25,840 nt of DNA from Clostridiaceae bacterium (GCA_904502175.1 CAJGDU010000001.1:1-25840); one strand, 5' to 3'; positions 1-11,747 are shown, numbered from the stretch's first letter. The notes: generated by a model not told the origin, from the sequence alone. A program made the numbers and translations.

Positions 1-1878
1 GGAGGGACGGATCTGGATGAGCCGGCGGGTGTCGGGGTTCATGGTGGTGAGCCACATCATGTCGGCGTCGTTTTCACCGAGACCCTTGGACCGCTGGATC
101 GTATACTTCTTGTCGCCGAGTTCCTCGAGAACATCGGATTTTTCTTTTTCCGTGTAGGCGAACCACACCTCGTCCTTGTGCCTAATCTCATAGAGCGGCG
201 ACTCGGCAATGTACACCTTGCCCTCCGTGATGAGCGTGGGCATGAGGCGATAGATCATGGTGAGGATGAGGGTGCGGATCTGGTAGCCGTCGACGTCCGC
301 GTCGGTACAGATGATGACCTTGTTCCAGCGCAGGTTGTCGAGGTTGAAGGAGGTCATATCCTTCTTCTTGACCGCGACTTCCACGCCGCAGCCCAGGACC
401 TTGATGAGGTCTGTGATGATATCGCTCTTGAAGATGCGGTTGTAGTCCGCCTTCAGGCAGTTGAGGATCTTGCCGCGGACCGGGATGACCGCCTGGAACT
501 CGGAGTCTCTCGCCTGTTTGCAGGCGCCGAGGGCTGAATCGCCCTCCACGATGAAGACCTCTCTGCGGTCGACTTCCTTGGTGCGGCAGTCCACGAACTT
601 CTGGACCCGGTTGGACATATCCATGTTGCCCGTGAGGGTCTTCTTGAGGTTCTGGCGGGTGGTTTCCGCCCGGATGCGGGAGCGCATGTTGACGAGCACC
701 TGGTCGGTGATCTTGTCGGCCTCCATCTTGTTCTCGATGAAGTAGACTTCCAGCGACTGCTTGAAGAAGTCGGTCATGGCCTCCTGGATGAACTTGTTGG
801 TGATGGCCTTCTTCGTCTGGTTCTCATACGAGGTCTTCGTGGAGAAGGACGAGATGACGATGTCGAGACAGTCCTCGATGTCCTGGAAGGAGATCTTCTT
901 GTCCGACTTGTTGTATTTGTTGTTCTGCTTGAGATAGGCGTCGATCTGGGAGACGAACGCCGAGCGGATGGCCTTGTCGGGGGCGCCGCCGTGTTCGAGC
1001 CAGGAGGAGTTGTGGTAGTACTCCTTCATCTGGATCTTGTTGGAGAAGCAGACCGCGGCGTTGATGAGCAGCTTGTAGTCCTCCTGGTCCTCGCGGTCCC
1101 GGCCGGACGTCTCCGTGTTCCAGAACTGCACGCCCGTGAAGGCGGTCTCCTCCACGGTCTCTTTCAGATAGTCTGTGATGCCGTTCTCATAGACGTATTC
1201 ATAGGTTTCAAAACAGGACGGCGTGGTGCCCGGTTTCACCTGGTTCTTCAGCACGAAGCGCAGGCCGTTGTTGACGATGGCCTGACGGCGCAGGATGTCC
1301 TGGAAGTACTCGAGCGGGATGTCGATGTCCGTAAAGACCTCGAGGTCCGGTTTCCAGGCGATGCGGGTCCCGGTCTTCTTACCGGTGAACTCCTCTTTTT
1401 TGAGCTTGCCGGAGGGCTTGCCCTTTTTGAATTTGATGTCGTAACGGAACCCGTCCTTGAAGACTTCCGCCTCCATCCACTCCGAAGCGTACTGGGTGGC
1501 ACAGAGACCCAGACCGTTCAGACCGAGGGAGAACTCGTAGAGGCCGGCATCGGAGTTGTTGTCATACTTGCCGCCGGCATACATCTCGCAGAACAGGAGT
1601 TTCCAGTTGTATTCTTTTTCATTCTCGTTGTAGTCCATCGGGATGCCCCGGCCGAAGTCCTGGACCTCCAGACTCTTGTCGAGATAACGGGTGAGGACGA
1701 TGTGGTCGCCGTACCCTTCTCTCGCCTCGTCGATGGAGTTCGACAGGATCTCAAAGACCGAATGCTGGCATCCTTCGATGCCGTCCGAGCCGAAGATGAC
1801 CGCGGGTCTCAGGCGGACCCGGTCGGCGCCTTTCAGCTGCTGGATGGTCTCATTTGAATTCTTGGACGTTTTCGCCAT
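1..1878 (-). CDS. Type IIA DNA topoisomerase B subunit (GyrB/ParE family, divergent lineage); 3' end runs off the window
   Basis: Not in the ORF track (no stop in window). Hand translation from ATG at 1878 (SD GGAGG at 1883-1887): MAKTSKNSNETIQQLKGADRVRLRPAVIFGSDG...EILSNSIDE...QDFGRGIP...YAGGKY...GLNGLG (GHKL ATPase), then EGDSA, PVRGKILN, DADVDG, SPLY, RSKGLGE (TOPRIM/C-terminal motifs). Confidence 0.93.
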   Translation of the reverse strand, partial: MAKTSKNSNETIQQLKGADRVRLRPAVIFGSDGIEGCQHSVFEILSNSIDEAREGYGDHIVLTRYLDKSLEVQDFGRGIPMDYNENEKEYNWKLLFCEMYAGGKYDNNSDAGLYEFSLGLNGLGLCATQYASEWMEAEVFKDGFRYDIKFKKGKPSGKLKKEEFTGKKTGTRIAWKPDLEVFTDIDIPLEYFQDILRRQAIVNNGLRFVLKNQVKPGTTPSCFETYEYVYENGITDYLKETVEETAFTGVQFWNTETSGRDREDQEDYKLLINAAVCFSNKIQMKEYYHNSSWLEHGGAPDKAIRSAFVSQIDAYLKQNNKYNKSDKKISFQDIEDCLDIVISSFSTKTSYENQTKKAITNKFIQEAMTDFFKQSLEVYFIENKMEADKITDQVLVNMRSRIRAETTRQNLKKTLTGNMDMSNRVQKFVDCRTKEVDRREVFIVEGDSALGACKQARDSEFQAVIPVRGKILNCLKADYNRIFKSDIITDLIKVLGCGVEVAVKKKDMTSFNLDNLRWNKVIICTDADVDGYQIRTLILTMIYRLMPTLITEGKVYIAESPLYEIRHKDEVWFAYTEKEKSDVLEELGDKKYTIQRSKGLGENDADMMWLTTMNPDTRRLIQIRPS

Positions 1879-1934
1879 GGTTCCTCCAAAATACGCGCGC
1901 AAATTTGCCCATTTACGCATTTTCACAAATACGT

Positions 1935-1964
1935 ATTTTATCCCATATCTTGTGGTTTTGTCAA
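1935..1964 (-). promoter_or_regulatory. Putative sigma-A promoter of the topoisomerase gene
   Basis: Minus strand TTGACA (1964-1959), 18-nt spacer, TAAAAT (1940-1935), in an AT-rich intergenic region. Confidence 0.7.
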
Positions 1965-1993
1965 GCAACAGGGCCCCACCTGTGGTGGAGCCC
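1963..1993 (-). terminator. Putative intrinsic terminator after ftsH
   Basis: Minus strand GGGCTCCACC-ACA-GGTGGGGCCC (10-bp stem with one G-U pair, 1993-1971) followed by TGTTGCTT, about 30 nt after the ftsH stop. Confidence 0.6.
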
Positions 1994-2022
1994 ATGGCAT
2001 CAGTTGCGATTTACTTGTCAGG

Positions 2023-4191
<2,169 letters not shown>

Positions 4192-4215
4192 TGGATTGCC
4201 CTCCAATCGTAAGAA

Positions 4216-4752
4216 TCAGTCTTCCGGGGTGTAGATGCCGACGAACGGCAGGTTCCGGTAGGACTCGTCGTAGTCGAGGCCGTAGCCGACCACGAATTCG
4301 TCCGGGATGACTTTTCCGATGTAGTCCGCCTCGATCTTGGAGACGCGGCGGTCCGGTTTATCGAGGAAGGTGCAGATCTTCAGAGAGGAAGGATTCCGCA
4401 TCTTCAGGATCTCAATGAGAGAGGCCAGCGTCCGGCCGGTGTCGAGGATGTCCTCCACAATGAGGATGTCCTTTCCGGTCAGGTCCGTGTCAAGGTCCTT
4501 GATGATCTTGACCGTGCCCGAACTCTCGGTCTTGTGATAGCTGGAGACCACCATGAAGTCGATGGTCAGCGGGATATCGATGGCCCGCATGAGGTCGGCC
4601 ATGAAGACGACCGCGCCCTTCAGGACGCTGACGAGGACCAGATTCTTCCCCGCGTAGTCTTCCGAGACCTGCTTCCCGAGACGGGCGACGATCTCTCTGG
4701 CTTCTTCTTCTGTCACAAGGACACCGTTGACGTTTTTCGTCAGTTCACTCAT
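4216..4752 (-). CDS. hpt: Hypoxanthine phosphoribosyltransferase
   Basis: VLKGA, PRPP-binding ILIVEDILDTGRT, FVVGYGLDY..YRNLP. ATG 4752 with SD GGAGGT; ATGA overlap with the tilS stop. Confidence 0.96.
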   Translation of the reverse strand: MSELTKNVNGVLVTEEEAREIVARLGKQVSEDYAGKNLVLVSVLKGAVVFMADLMRAIDIPLTIDFMVVSSYHKTESSGTVKIIKDLDTDLTGKDILIVEDILDTGRTLASLIEILKMRNPSSLKICTFLDKPDRRVSKIEADYIGKVIPDEFVVGYGLDYDESYRNLPFVGIYTPED

Positions 4753-6173
4753 CGAATTACCTCCACTGACCACAGCGTGGTCGAATCCTCGCTTGCGGCA
4801 AACCCCTCGGCGGCGCCAAAGCCTTCCAGCCAGGCGATCTGCCCCTCCTGCTCCAGGATGACGCGGTCGTTCCGCTCTTCGACGGGAACGCCTTCCTCCT
4901 GGTACAGGGTTTTCAATTTCTTTCGAATGCCGCGTCCCTGCGGCGCGAACACATCGCCCGGCGCCCGGGTGCGGACTTCAAAATTGAAGTCTATTTTATC
5001 ATAATCAAGCGGTTTTTCCAATAGCAGAGCCCTGAAATCCGCATCGTTCTTTTCGACCTTTCTGAGCCGTACCATGAGCGGCGACGGCTCTCCGGAGAAG
5101 AACCTCACTTCTCCGTCTTCCGCCTCGACCTGACGGAACGCGCGGGGCGCTTCCACCGGCGGTTCTTTCGGCCAGTGGAGCAGCATCCGCTCCCCGGCCA
5201 GAGTCACATAGGCGCCGCCAGGGACCTGGAGCTGTTTGAACTTGGCGCCCTCCCGCAGCCATGCGAGGACCGTCTCCACATGGCGCTGTTCGGCCTGGAT
5301 GCCGGCAAAGGCGGTGATGCAGTCGCCGAGGGCCCGGACCAGGACCGCGTCTTCGGCGGCGTTCAGCACCGTCGTGTCGTAAGCGTCCGGCTCGCACAGG
5401 GCGGTCTGCAACAGGCGCTTCGTCTGCCGGTCGAAATAGTCCGCGTCCCGGCGGAGGGTCTCCGCCGTGCGGGCCATGTTGGACACCGCGGCCTCGTTGA
5501 CGGCCTTCAGCGCCGTCAGGGACTCGTAACGGATGCGGTTCCGGGACAGGGTCCGGTCGGTGTTGGTGCTGTCCTTCACGAAGGTCAGTCCCGCTTCCCC
5601 GCAGTACGCCTCGACCTCTTCACGGGTGCAGGTGATGAGGGGCCGAATGATGTTCTTCCGCACCGGCGGGATGCCGGTCAGGCCGCTGAGGCCGGTGCCC
5701 CGGGCCAGGTGGAACAGCATGGTCTCCGCGTTGTCGGAGGCCGTGTGCGCGGTGGCGATGCGCACCTCGTCCCACGCGAACCCGTCTTCGCACAAAAGGT
5801 CGACCAGTTCCTCGAAGACTTCATAGCGGACCCTGCGTCCGCAAGTCTCCTCGGACTCTCCGGTGCGGCGCGCCAGCGACGGCACGTCGACCTTCCGGAC
5901 ATAGAGGGGAATGTTGCGGGCCTCACAGAACTGCTCGCAGAAGGCTTCGTCCCGGTCGGCCTCCTCTCCCCGGATGCTGTGGTTCACATGTACGGCATAG
6001 AGGGAGAACGGGGGCACATCGCCCGCGCCGGAAGACAGGGTGTCCAGAACGGAAAGAAGCGTCACGGAATCGGCTCCGCCGGAAAAGCCCACCAGGACGG
6101 CGGCGTTTTCGGGGAGCATCTCGTAACGCTTCAGGGTATTCGTAACAGCGGACAGAAGGGTGCTGTAGGCCAT
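4749..6173 (-). CDS. tilS: tRNA(Ile)-lysidine synthetase
   Basis: PP-loop GFSGGADS, HVNH, TAHTASDNAET, IIRPL, DSTN...RNRIR. Start at ATG 6173 (MAYSTLL) with SD AGGAGG; the longer track ORF overlaps dnaB. Confidence 0.95.
   Translation of the reverse strand: MAYSTLLSAVTNTLKRYEMLPENAAVLVGFSGGADSVTLLSVLDTLSSGAGDVPPFSLYAVHVNHSIRGEEADRDEAFCEQFCEARNIPLYVRKVDVPSLARRTGESEETCGRRVRYEVFEELVDLLCEDGFAWDEVRIATAHTASDNAETMLFHLARGTGLSGLTGIPPVRKNIIRPLITCTREEVEAYCGEAGLTFVKDSTNTDRTLSRNRIRYESLTALKAVNEAAVSNMARTAETLRRDADYFDRQTKRLLQTALCEPDAYDTTVLNAAEDAVLVRALGDCITAFAGIQAEQRHVETVLAWLREGAKFKQLQVPGGAYVTLAGERMLLHWPKEPPVEAPRAFRQVEAEDGEVRFFSGEPSPLMVRLRKVEKNDADFRALLLEKPLDYDKIDFNFEVRTRAPGDVFAPQGRGIRKKLKTLYQEEGVPVEERNDRVILEQEGQIAWLEGFGAAEGFAASEDSTTLWSVEVIR
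4993..5021 (-). promoter_or_regulatory. Putative internal sigma-A promoter within tilS, upstream of hpt-ftsH
   Basis: TTGGAA-N17-TAAAAT with extended -10 (TGA-TAAAAT) in an AT-rich rare-codon patch. Confidence 0.6.
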
Positions 6174-6207
6174 GGGCTGCTCCCTCCTGTCCGTAAAAAA
6201 TGATAGG

Positions 6208-7587
6208 TTAGAATTCGTTTTCCGATCTCTTTTCGATGGTGGTGAAAAGCGTGTACTCGGAGTTCCAGGCAAGGTCGATGCTGCCGACCGGGCCGTGGCG
6301 GTTCTTGGCGACGATGATCTCGACCGTATTGATGTCGTTGCGGTCCATGTTCTCCTCTTCGCCGGGATCCTGCTGGTAGTAGTCCTCCCGATAGAGCATG
6401 AGGACGATATCGGCGTCCTGCTCGATGGAGCCGGACTCTCTGAGGTCGGCGAGCTGGGGCCGGTGGGCCTTGCCGCGGGCCTCCGTGTTACGGGAGAGCT
6501 GGCAGAGGACGATGACCGGGACCTCCAGGTCCTTCGCGAGAAGCTTGAGGTTCCGGGTGATCTGAGAGACCTCCTGGACGCGGGACTCCACACGGGTGCC
6601 GGACTGCATGAGCTGCAGGTAGTCGATGAGGACCACGTCGACGTCCTTCATGCGGCGGATACGGGACTTCATCTCGTTGACCGTGATGTTGGACGTATCG
6701 TCGAAATAGAGGGGGATCTCATGCAGGGCGCCGGCCGCGGTGGAGAAGTTCGTCCAGTCCTGCGGGGACAGGCGGCCGTTCCTCATCTTGTTGCCCTGGA
6801 TGCGGGCCTCCATGGAGATGACGCGCTCCGCCAGCTGTTCCTTCGTCATTTCCAGCGAGAAGAACAGGACCTTGTGGCCCTTCTTCGCCACGTTGGCGGC
6901 GAGGTTCAGGGCAAAACTGGTCTTACCCATGGCGGGGCGGGCGCCGACGATGATGAGGTCGGAACGGTTCAGACCGGAGATCATGTTGTCGAGGTCTCTC
7001 CAGCCGGAGGGCGTTCCGAGATATTTCTCCCGTTCCGGGCCGGACAGGTTCGCCAGATGGGTGACGACCTTGTCGATCAGGATGTCGCCGAAACGGCTGG
7101 CGTTGCCGGTGTTCTTGCCCTGACGGATGTTATAGATCTTCTGCTCGGCGGAGTCCAGGATGATGTTCGCCTCTTCCGAGTCATCCCTGGCTTCGTCAAG
7201 GATCTCATTGGCCGTGTCGATGAGGGAACGCTTCAGGAACTTGTCCCCCACGACCTTCGCGTAGGCCTCCGCGTTCTGAGTGGAGGGCAGAAGGTCGGCC
7301 AGCTCCCGGATGTACTGACGGGCCGCGGCGGGGTCGCCGAACTGGCTCGAATCCTGGAGCTCTGTGATGACCGCCAGAGGCTCCACCACGGCGCCGCGGG
7401 CGTCGAGGGCGAGCATGGCGTTGTAGATGGCCTTGTGCTCCGGACGATAAAACAGTTCTGTCCGGAAACCGGTGGACTGGAGGCGGTCAAGGCACTCCGG
7501 GTCCATCAGCAGACAGGCCAGAACGGCCCGCTCGGCCTCAAGGCTGTAAGGCAGGTTCATGCCTTCCGGAATAAAAGGTTCGGCCAT
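6208..7587 (-). CDS. dnaB: Replicative DNA helicase (DnaB family; DnaC in Bacillus nomenclature)
   Basis: P.SLEAE N-terminus, Walker A GARPAMGKT, FSLEM, IDYLQLM, QLSR, DLRESGSIEQDAD, AKNRHG. Confidence 0.97.
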   Translation of the reverse strand: MAEPFIPEGMNLPYSLEAERAVLACLLMDPECLDRLQSTGFRTELFYRPEHKAIYNAMLALDARGAVVEPLAVITELQDSSQFGDPAAARQYIRELADLLPSTQNAEAYAKVVGDKFLKRSLIDTANEILDEARDDSEEANIILDSAEQKIYNIRQGKNTGNASRFGDILIDKVVTHLANLSGPEREKYLGTPSGWRDLDNMISGLNRSDLIIVGARPAMGKTSFALNLAANVAKKGHKVLFFSLEMTKEQLAERVISMEARIQGNKMRNGRLSPQDWTNFSTAAGALHEIPLYFDDTSNITVNEMKSRIRRMKDVDVVLIDYLQLMQSGTRVESRVQEVSQITRNLKLLAKDLEVPVIVLCQLSRNTEARGKAHRPQLADLRESGSIEQDADIVLMLYREDYYQQDPGEEENMDRNDINTVEIIVAKNRHGPVGSIDLAWNSEYTLFTTIEKRSENEF

Positions 7588-7588
7588 A

Positions 7589-8032
7589 TTATGCCTCCGT
7601 TACCTGTACTTTGACTGTGGCTTCCACGCCCTGGAACAGCTTGACCGTGGCATTGTAGGTGCCAAAGGCCTTGATGTCCTCGACCGTGATCTTTCTCTTG
7701 TCCACGCCGATGCTGTAGTCGGTGCGGATCTTCTGCGCGATATCCTTGGAGGTGATGGAACCGAACATGTTCCCGCCGGTCCCGGCTTTCGCGGTAAAGG
7801 TGAGGACCTGCCCCTCCAGGCGGTCGGCATTGGCCTGCGCCTCCGCTTTCTCCGTGTCATATTTGAACTGCTTGCTCGCAGCCGCATTCTTCATTTCCGT
7901 GACGTTCTGCGCGTCGGCCGGCGCCGCCAGATTCTTCGGCAAAAGGAAGTTGCGGGCGTAGCCGTCCGAGGCATTGACCATGTCGCCTTTCTTCCCGAGG
8001 CCTTTCACATCTGCTTTCAGTATGACTTTCAT
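7589..8032 (-). CDS. rplI: 50S ribosomal protein L9
   Basis: MKVILKADVKGLGKKGD..GYARNFLLPK, FGSIT; between gdpP and dnaB as usual. Confidence 0.97.
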   Translation of the reverse strand: MKVILKADVKGLGKKGDMVNASDGYARNFLLPKNLAAPADAQNVTEMKNAAASKQFKYDTEKAEAQANADRLEGQVLTFTAKAGTGGNMFGSITSKDIAQKIRTDYSIGVDKRKITVEDIKAFGTYNATVKLFQGVEATVKVQVTEA

Positions 8033-8056
8033 TGGGTACCCCTTCTGTATTTCAAG

Positions 8057-10000
8057 TTATTGCATTTCCACATATTCGTCGATGGCCGCCTTCAGTTGTT
8101 CCACGGCCTCCGGCATATGGATGTCCTCCAGCTGTGCCGCCGCCATGGTGAAGTGGCCGCCGCCGCCCAGCTGTTCGAGGATCCACTGGACGTTCATGTC
8201 GCCGAGGGACCGGCCGGAGACGGACACTTTGCCGTCTTCCTCAAAGAGGACGAAGGAGGACTTGACGCCGGTGACACTGAGCAGTTCATCGGCCACCTGG
8301 GACGCGATGATGCGCATGTCCGGATAGAGCTCCGTGGAGATGGCGAGCGCGCAGCTTTTATACTGCGATGCCGTACTGAGGATCTTGGCCTTGGCCTTGT
8401 AGCTGTCGATGGAGTTCGAGAACAGCTGCTTGACCATGACGGTGTCCGCCCCTTCCCCTTTCAGCCAGGCCGCGGCCTCGAAGGTCCGCACGCCGGTGCC
8501 GAGGACGAAGTTCCGGGTGTCGAGCATGATGCCCGAGAGCAGCGCGTTGGCGCTGGCCGGATGGATGGCCGCCTGGTCGGGCATGTATTCGAGGAGCTCG
8601 GTGACGAGTTCGCAGGCCGAGGAGGCGTTGGGCTCCGTGTAATAGAGGTCGGCGCCCTCGATGATGTTGGTGGTCCGGCGGTGGTGGTCGATGATGGCCA
8701 CGGCGTCGAACTTCTCCATGAGCTCCGGATATTCAAGAGAGTTGGGACGGTGGGTGTCGCACACCACCAGGAGACAGCGCTTGCCCCGCATGAGGGACTC
8801 GGCGCCCTTCTCATTGAGGAAGATGTCGTTGCCCGTCTTGTCCACATAGTGTTCGATGAGGGACGGCGCAAGGCTCTTCTGGCGATTCACCAGCACGAAG
8901 GCCGGACGGCCGACGATGCGCGCGAACTCGGTGACACCGATGCAGGAGCCGATGGAGTCGAGGTCGGAGAACCGGTGGCCGGTGACGAAGACCATGTCCG
9001 CCCGGCGGATCTGGTCGGCCAGGTTGTTGGCCATGATGCGGGCCTTGACCCGGCTCGACGTGGTGGTCCTGCCCACGAGACCGCCGAAGAACTCGAGGTT
9101 CCCGTCGGTGTTGACCGTGGCCTGGTCGCCGCCACGGGACTGGGACATCTCCAGAGCCGCCATGGCGTAGCTGTCGCTCTCCGGCAGAGAGCGGCCGCGG
9201 CCGGCGCCGATGGAGACCGTCATCTCGACGACGCTTTCGCCGAATTTATACTCCCGGACCTTTTTCAGGATGTCGAACTTCCCTTCCATGATGTCCGCGA
9301 GGCCCCGCTCTTCCATGATGACATAGTAGCGGTCGGAGCTCAGCTTCTTCATGATACAGGGGTAGCCGGCGGCCCAGGTCTCAAAGATGTTCTCGAGACC
9401 GGAGGAAATGGCTTCACACTCACTGCTCTTGTAGTGACGGAAGACGTCTTCCTGGTTGTCGAGACGCATGTAGATGACACAGGGTTTGGACTGGCGGTAT
9501 TCGCCCGCGTCCCGCTTCAGTTCCGTGTTGTCGAAGAAAAAGAAGCAGGAGGACTCGTTCTTTTCATCCATCTCTCCGGCATAGACCGTATACATCCGGC
9601 CGCCGAACTCCAGGTCCAGGCCGTTCGACATGTGGCACACGTCCTGGAACGGTGTATCGCCCAGGAACTCGGAGATCTTGCCGGAGGTGATGAGGTTGTT
9701 GCCCATCATGCTGACCCGGAAGAGGTCGTTGTACCAGACGATGTTCCCGTTCTTGCCGACGACGGCGACGGGAATGGGATAGCTCTCCGTGCCCCCGTGG
9801 GACGCGAAGTACTTCTCCGCCGAACGGACGACAGAGGCGTTGTACCGCTTCTTGGAGAACCAGTAGATGAAATAAAGGATGATGAGGACGACGAAGACCA
9901 CCAGCTGGATGATGCCCGCCATTGTCTGGAAATGGTAGAGCACCACGGTGGACGCCGCTGCGGCCAGAACGATGAGGACCGCCAAAAGAGTTGAGATCAA
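8057..10000 (-). CDS. gdpP: Cyclic-di-AMP phosphodiesterase GdpP (TM-PAS-degenerate GGDEF-DHH/DHHA1)
   Basis: Two N-terminal TM helices, PAS-like IVWYN, SIGAG..RGGDQA, GH..DLDSIG, IIDHH, DTRNF, GGGH..AAAQ. TTG start 8 nt after GGAGGT; upstream of rplI. Confidence 0.92.
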   Translation of the reverse strand: MISTLLAVLIVLAAAASTVVLYHFQTMAGIIQLVVFVVLIILYFIYWFSKKRYNASVVRSAEKYFASHGGTESYPIPVAVVGKNGNIVWYNDLFRVSMMGNNLITSGKISEFLGDTPFQDVCHMSNGLDLEFGGRMYTVYAGEMDEKNESSCFFFFDNTELKRDAGEYRQSKPCVIYMRLDNQEDVFRHYKSSECEAISSGLENIFETWAAGYPCIMKKLSSDRYYVIMEERGLADIMEGKFDILKKVREYKFGESVVEMTVSIGAGRGRSLPESDSYAMAALEMSQSRGGDQATVNTDGNLEFFGGLVGRTTTSSRVKARIMANNLADQIRRADMVFVTGHRFSDLDSIGSCIGVTEFARIVGRPAFVLVNRQKSLAPSLIEHYVDKTGNDIFLNEKGAESLMRGKRCLLVVCDTHRPNSLEYPELMEKFDAVAIIDHHRRTTNIIEGADLYYTEPNASSACELVTELLEYMPDQAAIHPASANALLSGIMLDTRNFVLGTGVRTFEAAAWLKGEGADTVMVKQLFSNSIDSYKAKAKILSTASQYKSCALAISTELYPDMRIIASQVADELLSVTGVKSSFVLFEEDGKVSVSGRSLGDMNVQWILEQLGGGGHFTMAAAQLEDIHMPEAVEQLKAAIDEYVEMQ

Positions 10001-10004
10001 AGGA

Positions 10005-11747
10005 TCATACCTCCATAATGATGGGCAGGATCATGGGACTGCGTTTGGTCTCTTCGTAGACGACGTGGGAGACTTCGTCCCGAATACGCTGTTTGATGGT
10101 GGACCAGTCGCGGATGTCGTTGTTGAGACAGTTCTCGATGGCCCACATGGCTGTCTCCTGAGAAGTCTGGATGAGGTCCTCGGACTCCCGGACGTAGACG
10201 AAGCCGCGGGTGATGATGTCGGGACCGGAGACGACTTCTCCGGACACATTGTCCATGGCGACGACGATGGTGATGATGCCGTCCTCCGCCAGACGTTTGC
10301 GGTCGCGCATGACCACGTTGCCGACGTCGCCGACCCCGATGCCGTCGACGAAGACTCTGCCCGCCGGGACCGTGCCCGCGACGCGCATGCCGTCGTCAGA
10401 GATCTCGACCGTACGGCCGATGTCGGTGATGATGATATTCTCAGACGGGATGCCCATGCGCTCCGCCAGTTCCTTGTGTCTCTGAAGATGCTTCTGCTCT
10501 CCGTGGACCGGAAGGAAGTAAGTGGGCTTGATGAGCCCGAGCATGATCTTGAGTTCTTCCTGGTTGGCGTGGCCCGAGACATGGATATCGTACATGCGCT
10601 CGTAGACCACTTCCGCCCCGAGCTTCAGGAGCTCGTCGACGACGCGGCCCACCATCTTCTCGTTGCCGGGGATGGCGGTGGCGGAGATGATGACGTAGTC
10701 GTTGGGCGTGACCTGGACCTTGCGGTGATCCGAGAACGCCATGCGGGACAAAGCGGACATGGGCTCGCCCTGGCTGCCGGTGGTGATGAGGACCAGCTGG
10801 TCGTCGTTATAGCGGGAAATCTGGTCGAGCGGGATGATGAGGCCTTCCGGCACGTCGAGGTAGCCGAGTTCCTGGCCCACCGCCATGACGTGTTCCATGC
10901 TGCGGCCGGACAGGGCGACTTTTCTTCCCGCGGCAACGGCCTGATTGACCACCTGCTGCACCCGGTGGATGTTGGACGCGAAGGTGGCGACGATGATGCG
11001 GCGGTCTCCCGCATCTTTGAACAGACGGTCGAAGCTGTCGCCGACCGAGGATTCGCTGGCGGAGTAGCCGGGTTTGACGGCGTTGGTGGAGTCTGCCAGA
11101 TAGCAGAGGACCCCTTCCTCCCCGAGTTCCGCGAACCGTGCAAGGTCGATCATGCGGCCGTCGACCGGGGTCGTGTCGATCTTGAGGTCGCCGGAATGGA
11201 TGACCGTGCCCACTTCGGTGGTGAGGGCGAAGGCCAGCGCGTCGGGAATGGAGTGGTTGACGTGGATGGCCTCGATGTCGAACTTGCCGAGCTGGAAGCG
11301 GTCGCCCGCCTCGATCTCGTGGAGTTCCGCCTGCTGCAGAAGTCCGTGCTCCTCCAGCTTGCCCTTGATGAGGCCGATGGTCAGCGGCGTGCCGTAGACC
11401 GGCTTGTTCATCAGTTTCAGAAGGTACGCGAGGCCGCCGATGTGGTCCTCGTGTCCGTGCGTGATGAGGATGCCTTTTATCTTGTCTTTGTTGCGCTCCA
11501 CATAGGTGAAGTCGGGAATGACGATGTCGACGCCGAGCATTTCGGGTTCCGGGAAAGCCAGACCGACGTCGAGGATGACCATATCGCCGTCATACTCGAA
11601 CAGGGTCATGTTCTTGCCGATCTCGTTGAGGCCGCCGAGGAAGGAGACTTTCAGCGGGATCTGGAAGGTCTTGGCCTTCGCCTTTTTCGACCCGGCGTTC
11701 GAACGCCTTTTATTGGGTCTTCCGGTATTTCGTTTATTGTTGGACAT
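10005..11747 (-). CDS. rnj: Ribonuclease J
   Basis: LGGLNEIGKNM, THGHEDHIG, NHSIP, FASNIHR, TGSQGEP, HVSGH, PVHGE, RSPMILPIIMEV. Confidence 0.96.
   Translation of the reverse strand: MSNNKRNTGRPNKRRSNAGSKKAKAKTFQIPLKVSFLGGLNEIGKNMTLFEYDGDMVILDVGLAFPEPEMLGVDIVIPDFTYVERNKDKIKGILITHGHEDHIGGLAYLLKLMNKPVYGTPLTIGLIKGKLEEHGLLQQAELHEIEAGDRFQLGKFDIEAIHVNHSIPDALAFALTTEVGTVIHSGDLKIDTTPVDGRMIDLARFAELGEEGVLCYLADSTNAVKPGYSASESSVGDSFDRLFKDAGDRRIIVATFASNIHRVQQVVNQAVAAGRKVALSGRSMEHVMAVGQELGYLDVPEGLIIPLDQISRYNDDQLVLITTGSQGEPMSALSRMAFSDHRKVQVTPNDYVIISATAIPGNEKMVGRVVDELLKLGAEVVYERMYDIHVSGHANQEELKIMLGLIKPTYFLPVHGEQKHLQRHKELAERMGIPSENIIITDIGRTVEISDDGMRVAGTVPAGRVFVDGIGVGDVGNVVMRDRKRLAEDGIITIVVAMDNVSGEVVSGPDIITRGFVYVRESEDLIQTSQETAMWAIENCLNNDIRDWSTIKQRIRDEVSHVVYEETKRSPMILPIIMEV

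Noticed and set aside
6190..6235. AT-rich dnaB-tilS junction with TATCAT as a possible promoter
   Set aside because: No plausible -35 or extended -10 at the correct spacing.
6174..6593. 140-aa N-terminal extension of TilS in the ORF track
   Set aside because: Ser/Arg/Pro-rich off-frame reading of dnaB; a strong SD supports ATG 6173.
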